A stretch of 64,000 bases of DNA from an uncultured Collinsella sp. (GTDB lineage: Bacteria > Actinomycetota > Coriobacteriia > Coriobacteriales > Coriobacteriaceae): the NCBI GenBank assembly GCA_900543605.1, contig UQSK01000001.1:23720-87719 (forward strand), read 5' to 3'. Position 1 is the stretch's first letter; every line of letters starts with the position of its first letter. Shown piece after piece: positions 52,569 to 60,191 of this stretch. The notes under the pieces are model-generated. The model was not told the DNA's origin. It was given only the letters and a program-made list of their open reading frames with translations, and did no database searches. The position numbers and the translations under genes were made by a program.

Positions 52569-55337
52569 CTACAGCAGCTCGCCGTGGCGTGCAATGTAGC
52601 GGCGCTTTGCCAGCTGAGTGAGCGCGATGTAGGCGGTGACGATGCCGACGAGCAGCGCGAAAAAGCTCGCGGGCAGCGCCATGAGGCCGAGCGCATCGGC
52701 GATGGGGCTTGCCGGCAGCCAGGTGACGAGCGCCAGGCCCAGCACGGTGAGAACGCACAGTGCGGGCGCGGCGTGGTCGCGCGGGCTCGGCAGATGCGGG
52801 GAGCGCAGCATGTGGACCACGAGTGTCTGCGACCACATGGACTCGACAAACCAGCCGCTCTGGAAGAGCGCAGCAAAGGTCGCCATACCCGCGACGTCGC
52901 CTGCGGCGGCAAGCTCGGACCAGCTTGAGTCCACGGCGGCGGGGCACACGACAAAGAAGAGCGCGGCGAAGGTCACGATGTCAAACAGCGAGCTCACGGG
53001 GCCCAGCTCGAGCATAAAGCCCTTGATGGACGCGGCATCCCAAGCACGCGGACGGGCAGTCCAGGCGTCATCGACGGTGTCCCACGGCAGCGCGATGCAC
53101 ACGATCTCGTAGACGAGCGATAGCAGCACCAGCTGCAGAGCGCTCATAGGCAAAAACGGCAAGAACAAGCTCGCGACGGTCACGGACAGCACGTTGCCAA
53201 AGTTGGAGCTCACCGTGGTCTTGAGGTACTTGAGCAGGTTGCCGTAGGTGCGGCGGCCTTCGATGATGCCGCGCTCGAGCACGCCCAGGTCCTTCTGAAG
53301 CAAGATGATATCGGCGGATTCCTTGGCGATGTCGACGGCCGAATCGACTGAGATGCCGCAATCGCTCGCACGCATGGCGGCGGCGTCGTTGATGCCGTCG
53401 CCCATAAAGCCCACGGTGTGGCCGAGTAGCTCGCGCATGACGCGCACCAGGCGCGCCTTCTGCAACGGCGAGAGCTTGGCGAAGAGGTTGGTTTTCTCGG
53501 CGCGCTCGGCAAGCTCGGCGTCGTCGAGCGCATCGATCTCGGAGCCGAGCAAGACGTTGCTCGCATCGATGCCGATCTGCGCGCAGACGGTGGCGGCGAC
53601 GCGGTCGTTGTCGCCGGTCAGGACCTTGACCGCCACGCCCTTGGCCTCGAGGGTGGCGACGGCGCCCGCGGCACTTGCTTTGGGCGGATCGAGGAAGGCC
53701 AAAAAGCCCATCAGCACCATGTCGCACTCGTCGGCGATGCCAAACTCGCCCACGCAGCGTGGATTGGTCTTCTGCGCCACGGCAATTACGCGTAGGCCCT
53801 CGGCGTTAAGTCCGGCGATCTGCTTGCGAATCTGGGCGAGCTTCTCGTCGGTGAGCGGCTGAGCGATGCCATCGATCTCGACAAAGGAGCAGATCTCGAG
53901 CATTTCCTCGGCGGCGCCCTTGGTAACCATCTGGGTTTTGCCTTGGGCGTCGGCGACAACTACGCTCAGGCGACGGCGCGAGAAATCGAAGGGAACCTCG
54001 TCGACCTTGGTGTAGCGGTCGCGCAGGCTCTGGCCCAGCATGGAATCGGGTGCGACGGTCGAGGGTGTCACATCGGCACGGTCGATTACGGCCAGGTCGA
54101 TAAGATTTTTGAGGCCGGTCTGGAAGAAGCTGTTCAAAAACGCATGGCGCAGCACGCGCGCGTCCTCGTTGCCATCGGTGTTGAGGTAGCGCTCGAGCAC
54201 GATGCGGTCTTCGGTGAGGGTGCCGGTCTTGTCGCAGCACAGGACGTCCATCGCTCCGAGGTTTTGAATCGCCGGCAGCTCCTTGACGATAACCTGGCGA
54301 CGGGCGAGGTCCTTGGCGCCCTGCGACAGGCTCGTGGTCACGATGACGGGAAGCATCTGCGGCGTGATGCCCACGGCCACGCTCGTGGCGAACAGCAGCG
54401 CGTCGATGACGTTGCCCTTGGTGGCGGCGTTGATGGCAAAGACGGCCGGCGCCATAACGAGCATCAGGCGCACCAGCAGCATGGAGACGCTCGAGACGCC
54501 GCGGTCAAACGCGCTTTTTTCGCCGCGCCCGTTGAGCATCTTGGCGATGCCGCCCAGGTAGGTGTCCGAGCCGGTGGCAACGACAAGCGCCATGGCGGCG
54601 CCGTTTTGCACGGAGGTGCCGGTAAAGACGATGTTCTTGCAGGCAGAGAGTGGCAGTGCGGAGCCGTCGGCGCCCTCGACGACGGTGACGGCGGTGGTCT
54701 TCTCGACGGCCTCGCTCTCGCCGGTGAGTGCGGACTCGATCACAAACAGGTCGCGCGCGGTGATGATGCGGGCGTCTGCTGGCACCATATCGCCGGCAGA
54801 GAGGCGGATTACATCGCCGGGGACGAGCTCGTCGAAGGGGATCTCGATGCGCCCGCCGTCGCGCAGGGCGGTGCAAGTGTTGGAGACCAGGTCCTTAAGG
54901 GCCTCGGCCGCATTGCCGCTGCGGGCTTCCTGGATAAACTTCATACCGCCCGATACCAGCAGCATGATGCCGATGACGATGACCGTGGAGGGGTCGCGCT
55001 GCGGCTCGGGTACGGCGAGCACGTCGATGTAGAGCGAGACCAGCGCGAGCGCGGCGAGGATGCCGGCGAAGGGATCGATGAACGCGTCGGCGATGCGGCG
55101 GTCGAGCGTTTTGGTCGTTGCCTCGATGGTGTTGGGGCCGACGGCGTTCAGGCGCTCAGTTGCCTGCTCGACGGTGAGGCCGTTTGCCGTGGCGTCAAGC
55201 AGTACGAGGGCGTCCTCGGCACTATGGGTGGCGGCGAATATGGTGTTCTTGGATAGGCCGGTATGAGCGGCAGGGCGCGCCGTGCGGCGGCGCTTGGAGA
55301 TGGCTTCGAGTACCGTGACGGTTTTGAGCATCAGCAT
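52569..55337 (-). CDS. mgtA: Mg2+-importing P-type ATPase
   Basis: 922 aa. The phosphorylation site is CCDKTGTLTED. TGES, MGDGINDAAAMRASD and an MgtA-like C-terminal TM region are present. Confidence 0.9.
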   Translation of the reverse strand: MLMLKTVTVLEAISKRRRTARPAAHTGLSKNTIFAATHSAEDALVLLDATANGLTVEQATERLNAVGPNTIEATTKTLDRRIADAFIDPFAGILAALALVSLYIDVLAVPEPQRDPSTVIVIGIMLLVSGGMKFIQEARSGNAAEALKDLVSNTCTALRDGGRIEIPFDELVPGDVIRLSAGDMVPADARIITARDLFVIESALTGESEAVEKTTAVTVVEGADGSALPLSACKNIVFTGTSVQNGAAMALVVATGSDTYLGGIAKMLNGRGEKSAFDRGVSSVSMLLVRLMLVMAPAVFAINAATKGNVIDALLFATSVAVGITPQMLPVIVTTSLSQGAKDLARRQVIVKELPAIQNLGAMDVLCCDKTGTLTEDRIVLERYLNTDGNEDARVLRHAFLNSFFQTGLKNLIDLAVIDRADVTPSTVAPDSMLGQSLRDRYTKVDEVPFDFSRRRLSVVVADAQGKTQMVTKGAAEEMLEICSFVEIDGIAQPLTDEKLAQIRKQIAGLNAEGLRVIAVAQKTNPRCVGEFGIADECDMVLMGFLAFLDPPKASAAGAVATLEAKGVAVKVLTGDNDRVAATVCAQIGIDASNVLLGSEIDALDDAELAERAEKTNLFAKLSPLQKARLVRVMRELLGHTVGFMGDGINDAAAMRASDCGISVDSAVDIAKESADIILLQKDLGVLERGIIEGRRTYGNLLKYLKTTVSSNFGNVLSVTVASLFLPFLPMSALQLVLLSLVYEIVCIALPWDTVDDAWTARPRAWDAASIKGFMLELGPVSSLFDIVTFAALFFVVCPAAVDSSWSELAAAGDVAGMATFAALFQSGWFVESMWSQTLVVHMLRSPHLPSPRDHAAPALCVLTVLGLALVTWLPASPIADALGLMALPASFFALLVGIVTAYIALTQLAKRRYIARHGELL

Positions 55338-55380
55338 AGGGTCCTCCTTGTTGAGGGGAGTTAGCGTACGTGTCGTATTT

Positions 55381-55566
55381 GCTTCAAAAAACCTAGATGT
55401 CGCTCACGTCAAGCTCTTGAGCCCACAAAGGGTGCAGCGCGCCTTTGTGGTGGTTTTGGCGATCTGCCGGTGGCGTTTATGCGTGTGCGGAGTCCTCGCG
55501 GCGTGCCGAGGGCGACATGCAGGTTTTTCGACTAGGACTGCCTTCCATGGCACACCTCCTAAAGGC
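55381..55566 (-). promoter_or_regulatory. structured mgtA leader (hairpin plus T-run; possible Mg2+-responsive element)
   Basis: About 270 nt separate the putative promoter from the ATG. The leader contains CTTTAGGAGGTGTGCC (weakly M-box-like), the hairpin CCACAAAGG-N10-CCTTTGTGG, GGGCTCAAGAGCTTGACG (compare GUGCUAAAGCUCUACG) and CTAGGTTTTTT. Confidence 0.3.
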
Positions 55567-55615
55567 TGAGCGCAGCGCGCTTTGGGTATCTCGTACCCCT
55601 TTTTAATCCGCCCGT

Positions 55616-55644
55616 ATTCTTGATGAGGGGGTTTGACATGTCAA
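55616..55644 (-). promoter_or_regulatory. putative sigma-70-type promoter of mgtA inside a palindrome
   Basis: On the minus strand: TTGACA, a 17-nt spacer, then AAGAAT. The -35 box lies in the near-palindrome GGGGTTTGACATGTCAACCCC. Confidence 0.35.
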
Positions 55645-55774
55645 CCCCATTGTTCGGAAAACCATTTCCCCTGACAAAGCCTTTACAGAATGCCGTGGCC
55701 CCAAAGCGCGCCCGCATCGACGCTTCGCCTGCGCTAAACTGGAAGGCACGTACGCGATTACGAGAGGAGCCCGC

Positions 55775-56458
55775 ATGGAGGCTTACAAGCAAGAGTTCAT
55801 CAAGTTTATGGTCGAGTCCGACGTTCTTAAGTTCGGCAGCTTTACGCTCAAGAGCGGCCGTCAGTCCCCGTTCTTTATGAACGCCGGCGCTTACGTGACG
55901 GGCTATCAGCTCAAGAAGCTGGGCGAGTATTACGCCCAGGCCATCCACGATAACTTTGGCGACGACTTTGATGTGCTGTTTGGACCGGCCTACAAGGGTA
56001 TTCCGCTGGCCGTCGTGACCGCAATTGCCTACCACGAGCTGTACGGCAAGGAGGTCAAGTACTGCTGCGACCGCAAGGAGGCCAAGGACCACGGTGCCGA
56101 TAAGGGCAACCTGCTGGGTTATGAGCCCAAGGACGGTGACCGTGTGGTCATGGTCGAGGACGTTACCACCAGCGGCAAGTCCATCGACGAGACCTATCCC
56201 AAGGTCAAGGCTGCTGCCGATGTCGAGATCAAGGGCCTGATCGTGTCCCTCAACCGCATGGAGGTCGGCAAGGGCGGTGTGACCACCGCGCAGAAGGAGA
56301 TCGAGGCCAAGTACGGTTTCCCCGTCGCGAGCATCGTCTCCATGGCTGAGGTCGTCGAGACCCTCTACAACCACGAGATCGACGGCAAGGTTGTCATCGA
56401 CGACGAGCTCAAGACCGCCATCGACGCCTACTACGAGCAGTACGGAGCTCAGGAGTAG
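55775..56458 (+). CDS. pyrE: orotate phosphoribosyltransferase
   Basis: FGSFTLKSGRQSPFFMN, the PRPP loop VVMVEDVTTSGKS and GPAYKGIPLA are present. Confidence 0.9.
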   Translation: MEAYKQEFIKFMVESDVLKFGSFTLKSGRQSPFFMNAGAYVTGYQLKKLGEYYAQAIHDNFGDDFDVLFGPAYKGIPLAVVTAIAYHELYGKEVKYCCDRKEAKDHGADKGNLLGYEPKDGDRVVMVEDVTTSGKSIDETYPKVKAAADVEIKGLIVSLNRMEVGKGGVTTAQKEIEAKYGFPVASIVSMAEVVETLYNHEIDGKVVIDDELKTAIDAYYEQYGAQE

Positions 56459-56615
56459 TTACGGCGTTTTACCAAACGCCGTAACCGGTCGACGCTGCGC
56501 GCCGCCCAGAGCGACAATTTGTCATTCAAAAGGCGAGGCATGACCAGAAGGTCAATGCCTCGCCTTTTTCATGCCAACTTGTTCGCTCTGGACGTCGCTC
56601 GCTGTCCGTCCTCTA
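56457..56615 (+). repeat. ~160-nt structured repeat, copy A (directly after the pyrE stop)
   Basis: The element comprises the hairpin TTACGGCGTTTTACCAAACGCCGTAA, an outer inverted repeat CCAGAGCGACAA / TTGTTCGCTCTGG, and an inner hairpin GGCGAGGCATGACCAGAAGGTCAATGCCTCGCC. It is collinear with copy B at 59877-60035. Confidence 0.8.
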
Positions 56616-56644
56616 CTTGCGGCGTTGTTTTGCTCCGAATTGGT

Positions 56645-56699
56645 GGGCATTGGGGACGTTCTTAGAGTAGTCATTGGGGACGTTCTTAAATGACTAGTC
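56645..56699 (+). repeat. two tandem REP-like units (TCATTGGGGAC family)
   Basis: GGGCATTGGGGACGTTCTTAGAGTAGTCATTGGGGACGTTCTTAAATGACTAGTC. Confidence 0.8.
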
Positions 56700-56701
56700 A
56701 G

Positions 56702-56772
56702 AAATGAGCGTGGATAATCTCCCGGTTTTGGCCTGTGTGCGGGCTCAAAGTGGGAGATTATCCGCGCTCGCT
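56702..56772 (+). repeat. 71-nt hairpin-containing direct repeat, left copy (flanks the Fic cassette)
   Basis: AAATGAGCGTGGATAATCTCCCGGTTTTGGCCTGTGTGCGGGCTCAAAGTGGGAGATTATCCGCGCTCGCT. It is about 85% identical to 58142-58212. The internal stem is GGATAATCTCCC / GGGAGATTATCC. Confidence 0.85.
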
Positions 56773-56795
56773 TTAATTTGCTTGGGCTGCGATGC

Positions 56796-57980
56796 CTATC
56801 TAATCGGCTCGGCGTCTTCCCTGAGAATCGAAAGATACTCTTCATACCCGTACTGCCGGTATCTCTGTCTTGACTCGTCGAGCGGACGGAGGATACCCAA
56901 TTCTTCAAATGATTTGACGAGCGAGCTCGCGGTACTCCTGCCGATATCAAGTTGGGCAGCGATGAATGCGGTGTCGACGATGGGGTGCTCTTCAAGAATG
57001 CCCAACAGCCTTTGCCCGTTTGCAGCGGTCCTTCCGAGATTTTCGGTAATGGTTGCTGTGGAACGGTTATGGAGGTCAACAAGGTTTTTTAAAGACCCTA
57101 CCGAGTCCTTCGCACCCTCGAGAAGACTGTTGCAGAAAAACTCTATCCATTCCTCGTAAGTGCCTCTCTCCCTTACGGATGTGAGTTGCCGGTAGTACTC
57201 GCTTCGATTTTTCTTGAACTGGAACGATGGATAGAACAAGCAAGAATGAAGAACGCCATCATTGATGAGCATAAATGTAATGAGAAGCCTGCCCAGGCGA
57301 CCGTTTCCGTCTAGGAATGGATGGGCAGTTTCAAATTGGTAATGGACGAGCGCCGCCCGCACAATCGGATCCATTTCGACTTGAGGCTCATTGATAAAGC
57401 GTTCGAGGTCCTGGAGCGTGTTGCTCAAATCTTCAATGTTTGGAGGGACAAACGATGCGGTTGCAATGGTGCAGCCTGAGGGGCCAATCCAGTTTTGTGA
57501 GGAGCGCAGCTCGCCTGGATTCTTCTCCGTTCCGCGCACTCCGTCCAGCAGGACTGCATGAACTTGCCTAAGAAGTCTCGTGCACAAGGGCATTTTTTTG
57601 AGCAGTTCTACGCCGCGGTCGACAGCACGGACGTAATTCACGACGTCTGCGACATCTTTATGATGGAGTTGTGTTTGCGATGGACTAAGTAGGTCGTCAA
57701 ACGTGCACTGGGTTCCCTCAATTTGCGAAGAAAGGAGCGCTTCTTTGCGCACGTACATTGCCAGATACATGTCGGCGTTGGGAACAAAGTAGAGCATGCC
57801 TTCAAGCTCTCCAAGCTTTCGTGAGCATGCGGAAAGCGTGCGATAGGTTTCCTCGGTGAGGTTTAGCTGCCTCAATGATTGCAAGGGCGTTGGAAAAAAC
57901 GAATAGTAAGCCAATTTCCCCGATAGATTATTGCGGAGCGTTCCCTGGCCGTTCTCCTCGATTTGCATCGCGCCTTCCAT
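56796..57980 (-). CDS. Fic-family protein (AMPylase-type) with an N-terminal inhibitory motif and a C-terminal winged-helix domain
   Basis: The active-site motif is HPFLDGNGRLGRLL. The N-terminal SSQIEGT fits the (S/T)xxxE(G/N) inhibitory helix. The GC content is visibly lower than that of the neighbours. ATG 57968 (MQIEENG) is an alternative start. Confidence 0.9.
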   Translation of the reverse strand: MEGAMQIEENGQGTLRNNLSGKLAYYSFFPTPLQSLRQLNLTEETYRTLSACSRKLGELEGMLYFVPNADMYLAMYVRKEALLSSQIEGTQCTFDDLLSPSQTQLHHKDVADVVNYVRAVDRGVELLKKMPLCTRLLRQVHAVLLDGVRGTEKNPGELRSSQNWIGPSGCTIATASFVPPNIEDLSNTLQDLERFINEPQVEMDPIVRAALVHYQFETAHPFLDGNGRLGRLLITFMLINDGVLHSCLFYPSFQFKKNRSEYYRQLTSVRERGTYEEWIEFFCNSLLEGAKDSVGSLKNLVDLHNRSTATITENLGRTAANGQRLLGILEEHPIVDTAFIAAQLDIGRSTASSLVKSFEELGILRPLDESRQRYRQYGYEEYLSILREDAEPIR

Positions 57981-57989
57981 ATCTTTAGT

Positions 57990-58120
57990 GCCGGAAACTC
58001 GTTATTAGGCTAATCATATCAATTCTAATAACGAGTTTAAGGATTAAATAGTTATTAGAATTGATGTAAACAATCTAATGATGAGAAGTCGTTATTACTT
58101 GACCATGGAGCTCGGCTTGG
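57990..58120. promoter_or_regulatory. AT-rich Fic upstream region with four GTTATTA/TAATAAC half-sites in two overlapping palindromes
   Basis: The palindromes are AAACTCGTTATTAG-N16-CTAATAACGAGTTT and CAATTCTAATAAC-N-GTTATTAGAATTG, with an additional GTCGTTATTACTT. Confidence 0.5.
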
Positions 58121-58124
58121 TACA

Positions 58125-58134
58125 GGGGGGGGGG
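58125..58134. repeat. G10 homopolymer tract
   Basis: TACAGGGGGGGGGGTTATCC. The tract lies about 145 nt upstream of the Fic start, at the inner edge of the right 71-nt repeat. Confidence 0.9.
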
Positions 58135-58141
58135 TTATCCA

Positions 58142-58212
58142 AAATGAGAGCGGATAATCTCCCGTTTTTGGCTCGGTGACGGCCTCAAAGTGGGAGATTA
58201 TCCACGTTCGCT
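58142..58212 (+). repeat. 71-nt hairpin-containing direct repeat, right copy
   Basis: AAATGAGAGCGGATAATCTCCCGTTTTTGGCTCGGTGACGGCCTCAAAGTGGGAGATTATCCACGTTCGCT. Confidence 0.85.
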
Positions 58213-58470
58213 AGTTAAGCGTCCAAAAATCCACACTCGCCAAACCTGCCAAAAAGGGACGGGTTTATTTTGGCACGTTTCGGTCGGTGTCAGGAAGTGT
58301 TAGGGACAAGGCGGCGGCAGGACTCGAGAGCGAAAAGAAGTATCGGGTTTGGTGCGCCCGCTTCTGCCCGTCCCGTGCGCAGGCGATACTCGGCTTATCG
58401 ACCTGCGATGCAAAGGAGATGCTCGTCCCACGAGCACTGCCGGGAAGGGCTCGCGATTCGAGTCCCCACC

Positions 58471-58499
58471 TTAGCATTTGAACCATTTGGCACTATAAT
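58471..58499 (+). promoter_or_regulatory. putative sigma-70-type promoter of the EIIA gene
   Basis: TTAGCA, a 17-nt spacer, then TATAAT. The promoter lies about 50 nt upstream of ATG 58549. The 5' UTR has the small hairpin GCGCACAACGTTGCGC and the RBS AGGAG. Confidence 0.55.
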
Positions 58500-58548
58500 T
58501 ACCGTAGGCATGCGCACAACGTTGCGCTTAATCAAGAGGAGAAAACGT

Positions 58549-59085
58549 ATGGGTCTGTTTGACATGTTCAAGAAGAAGGCTGAGCCCGCGGCTGCCGCTG
58601 CTCCGGCCTCCATCTCTGCTTCTGCTGGCGCCGACGTGCTGTGCTCGCCCGTCAAGGGCAAGGTCATCAAGATGGCCGACGTGCCCGATCCCGTCTTTGG
58701 TGGCGAGGTTCTGGGCAAGGGCTGTGCCGTGTGGCCCGAGGACGATCTGGTCTACGCCCCCTGCGACGGTAAGGTGACCGTCACCATGGGTCACGCCGTG
58801 GGTCTGCAGTCCGATAGCGGCATCGAGGTTCTGGTGCACGTTGGCGTCGATACCGTCAACATGAACGGTGACGGCTTCGAGGGCTTCGTCAAGGCCGACG
58901 ACGTTGTGAAGGCCGGTCAGCCCATCCTCAAGATCGACCGCGCCAAGATTGCCGCCGCCGGTTACAAGGACTGCGTCGTCGTGGCCGTGTCCAACACCGC
59001 CGAGTTTGCCGATGTCGAACTCGCCGTCGAGGCCGACTCCGCTGTCGCCGCCGGTGACGCCATCGTTAAGGTCGTCCGCAAGTAA
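58549..59085 (+). CDS. PTS glucose-family EIIA component (stand-alone)
   Basis: The PTS_EIIA_1 pattern includes DPVFGGEVLGKG and the two histidines in GHAVGL and VLVHVGVDTV. No EIIB or EIIC gene is in the window. Confidence 0.85.
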   Translation: MGLFDMFKKKAEPAAAAAPASISASAGADVLCSPVKGKVIKMADVPDPVFGGEVLGKGCAVWPEDDLVYAPCDGKVTVTMGHAVGLQSDSGIEVLVHVGVDTVNMNGDGFEGFVKADDVVKAGQPILKIDRAKIAAAGYKDCVVVAVSNTAEFADVELAVEADSAVAAGDAIVKVVRK

Positions 59086-59321
59086 ATTGCGGCATCCAAA
59101 GGATGTGCAAGGGTGGTCGGGTTTTCCGGCCACCTTTTTTATTGCACCGCGGGGAAGCGTTATATTGCACGTTGGGCGGGCTTGCAAACCGTTCGGATGC
59201 TAAAACGAACCGACCGCGCCTTCGCGCTGCCGAGAGTGTTCATAAGTGGATAGTATGGGCTTACTTATTACAACGTGCGCCGTGTCTGGGAAGCACGGTG
59301 CCGCTTATTGGGAGGAACAAC

Positions 59322-59879
59322 ATGAAAAAGAAGCTGCTGCTTGCGCCCCTCATGGCCGTCTTGGTTGCATGCGTGGTCTTGCTTTCCGGTTGCGGAGGCC
59401 CTTCGATCGAGGAACTCATTACCGAGGATCTTACGACGCAGTTTGACGAGGTCAAGAACGGTGGCGAGGACTTCCTCTCTGGCCTAGAGGAGGCTTCGGG
59501 CGACGAGTTCGAGCAGCTGGGTATCGATCCCAAGGAGTATGCCAAGACCTATCTCAAGGGCTTTGACTACAAGATCGGCGACGTGACGGTCGACGAGGAC
59601 AAGGGCGTCGCGACCGCCGAGGTCTCTATCACCTGCAAGTCCATGAACAAGATCGTCGAGGACTTCTCCACCCAGTATCAGGAGAAGGTCGCTGCGCTTG
59701 ACACGGTTCCTTCCGATGACGAGCTGTACAAGATGGCCGGTCAGGTTATGGTCGATGTGACCAAGGCCACCGAGCCCAGGAAGACCACGGTTATCTTCAA
59801 GTACACCTGCAACGACGACGGTGAGTGGTCTGCCGACGACTCCGTCAACTCCGAGATGATGGATGCAATGCTGAGCTAG
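59322..59879 (+). CDS. lipoprotein of unknown function
   Basis: The start was moved to ATG 59322. The sequence MKKKLLLAPLMAVLVACVVLLSGCGG carries a lipobox. Confidence 0.7.
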   Translation: MKKKLLLAPLMAVLVACVVLLSGCGGPSIEELITEDLTTQFDEVKNGGEDFLSGLEEASGDEFEQLGIDPKEYAKTYLKGFDYKIGDVTVDEDKGVATAEVSITCKSMNKIVEDFSTQYQEKVAALDTVPSDDELYKMAGQVMVDVTKATEPRKTTVIFKYTCNDDGEWSADDSVNSEMMDAMLS

Positions 59880-60035
59880 TTCGTTGCGGTGTTTTACCAA
59901 ACGCCGCAACTGCTCGACGCTGCAAGCCCGCCAGAGCGGCAATCTGCCTTTCAACTTCGGCGGCATGACCAAAAGGTCAATGCCGCCTCGTTTCAAGGCA
60001 CCTTGCTCGCTCTGGCGGGCTTTCGCTGTCGTTGC
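59877..60035 (+). repeat. ~160-nt structured repeat, copy B (directly after the lipoprotein stop)
   Basis: The element is collinear with 56457-56615. It has TTGCGGTGTTTTACCAAACGCCGCAA, CCAGAGCGGCAA / TTGCTCGCTCTGG, and the inner GGCGGCATGACCAAAAGGTCAATGCCGCC. Confidence 0.8.
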
Positions 60036-60102
60036 CAAAACAACGTCGTTCCCTTGGTTGGCTTAAAGTGGCACTTTTACCTGCGACGTTGCCATCGCTG
60101 AA

Positions 60103-60165
60103 GTAGTCATTGGGAAGGCGGCAGCTGGGGACGTTCCTTTTCTGCCGGTAGTTGGGGACACTCCT
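60103..60165 (+). repeat. degenerate TTGGGGAC-family repeats
   Basis: GTAGTCATTGGGAAGG..GCTGGGGACGTTCC..CTGCCGGTAGTTGGGGACACTCC. Confidence 0.6.
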
Positions 60166-60191
60166 TGTGCCAGCGTTGCATCGAGTGCTTG

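Noticed and set aside
56702-58212. Integron attC sites flanking the Fic cassette
   Set aside because: The 71-nt repeats form hairpins, but I could not find the RYYYAAC / GTTRRRY core sites. No intI gene is in the window.
58215-58470. Structured RNA gene (tmRNA, RNase P RNA, SRP RNA or tRNA-like) in the GC-rich 250-nt gap upstream of the EIIA promoter
   Set aside because: There are superficial resemblances: GGGTTTATTTTGGCACGTTTCGG to a tmRNA 5' end, CTCGGCTTATCG to the RNase P 3' region, and GATTCGAGTCC to a T-loop. However, the flanking stems do not pair, the segment is too short, and hallmark motifs (GGAAAGTCCGG, GGAAGCAGCC, a 3' CCA-acceptor) are absent. The segment is left unassigned.
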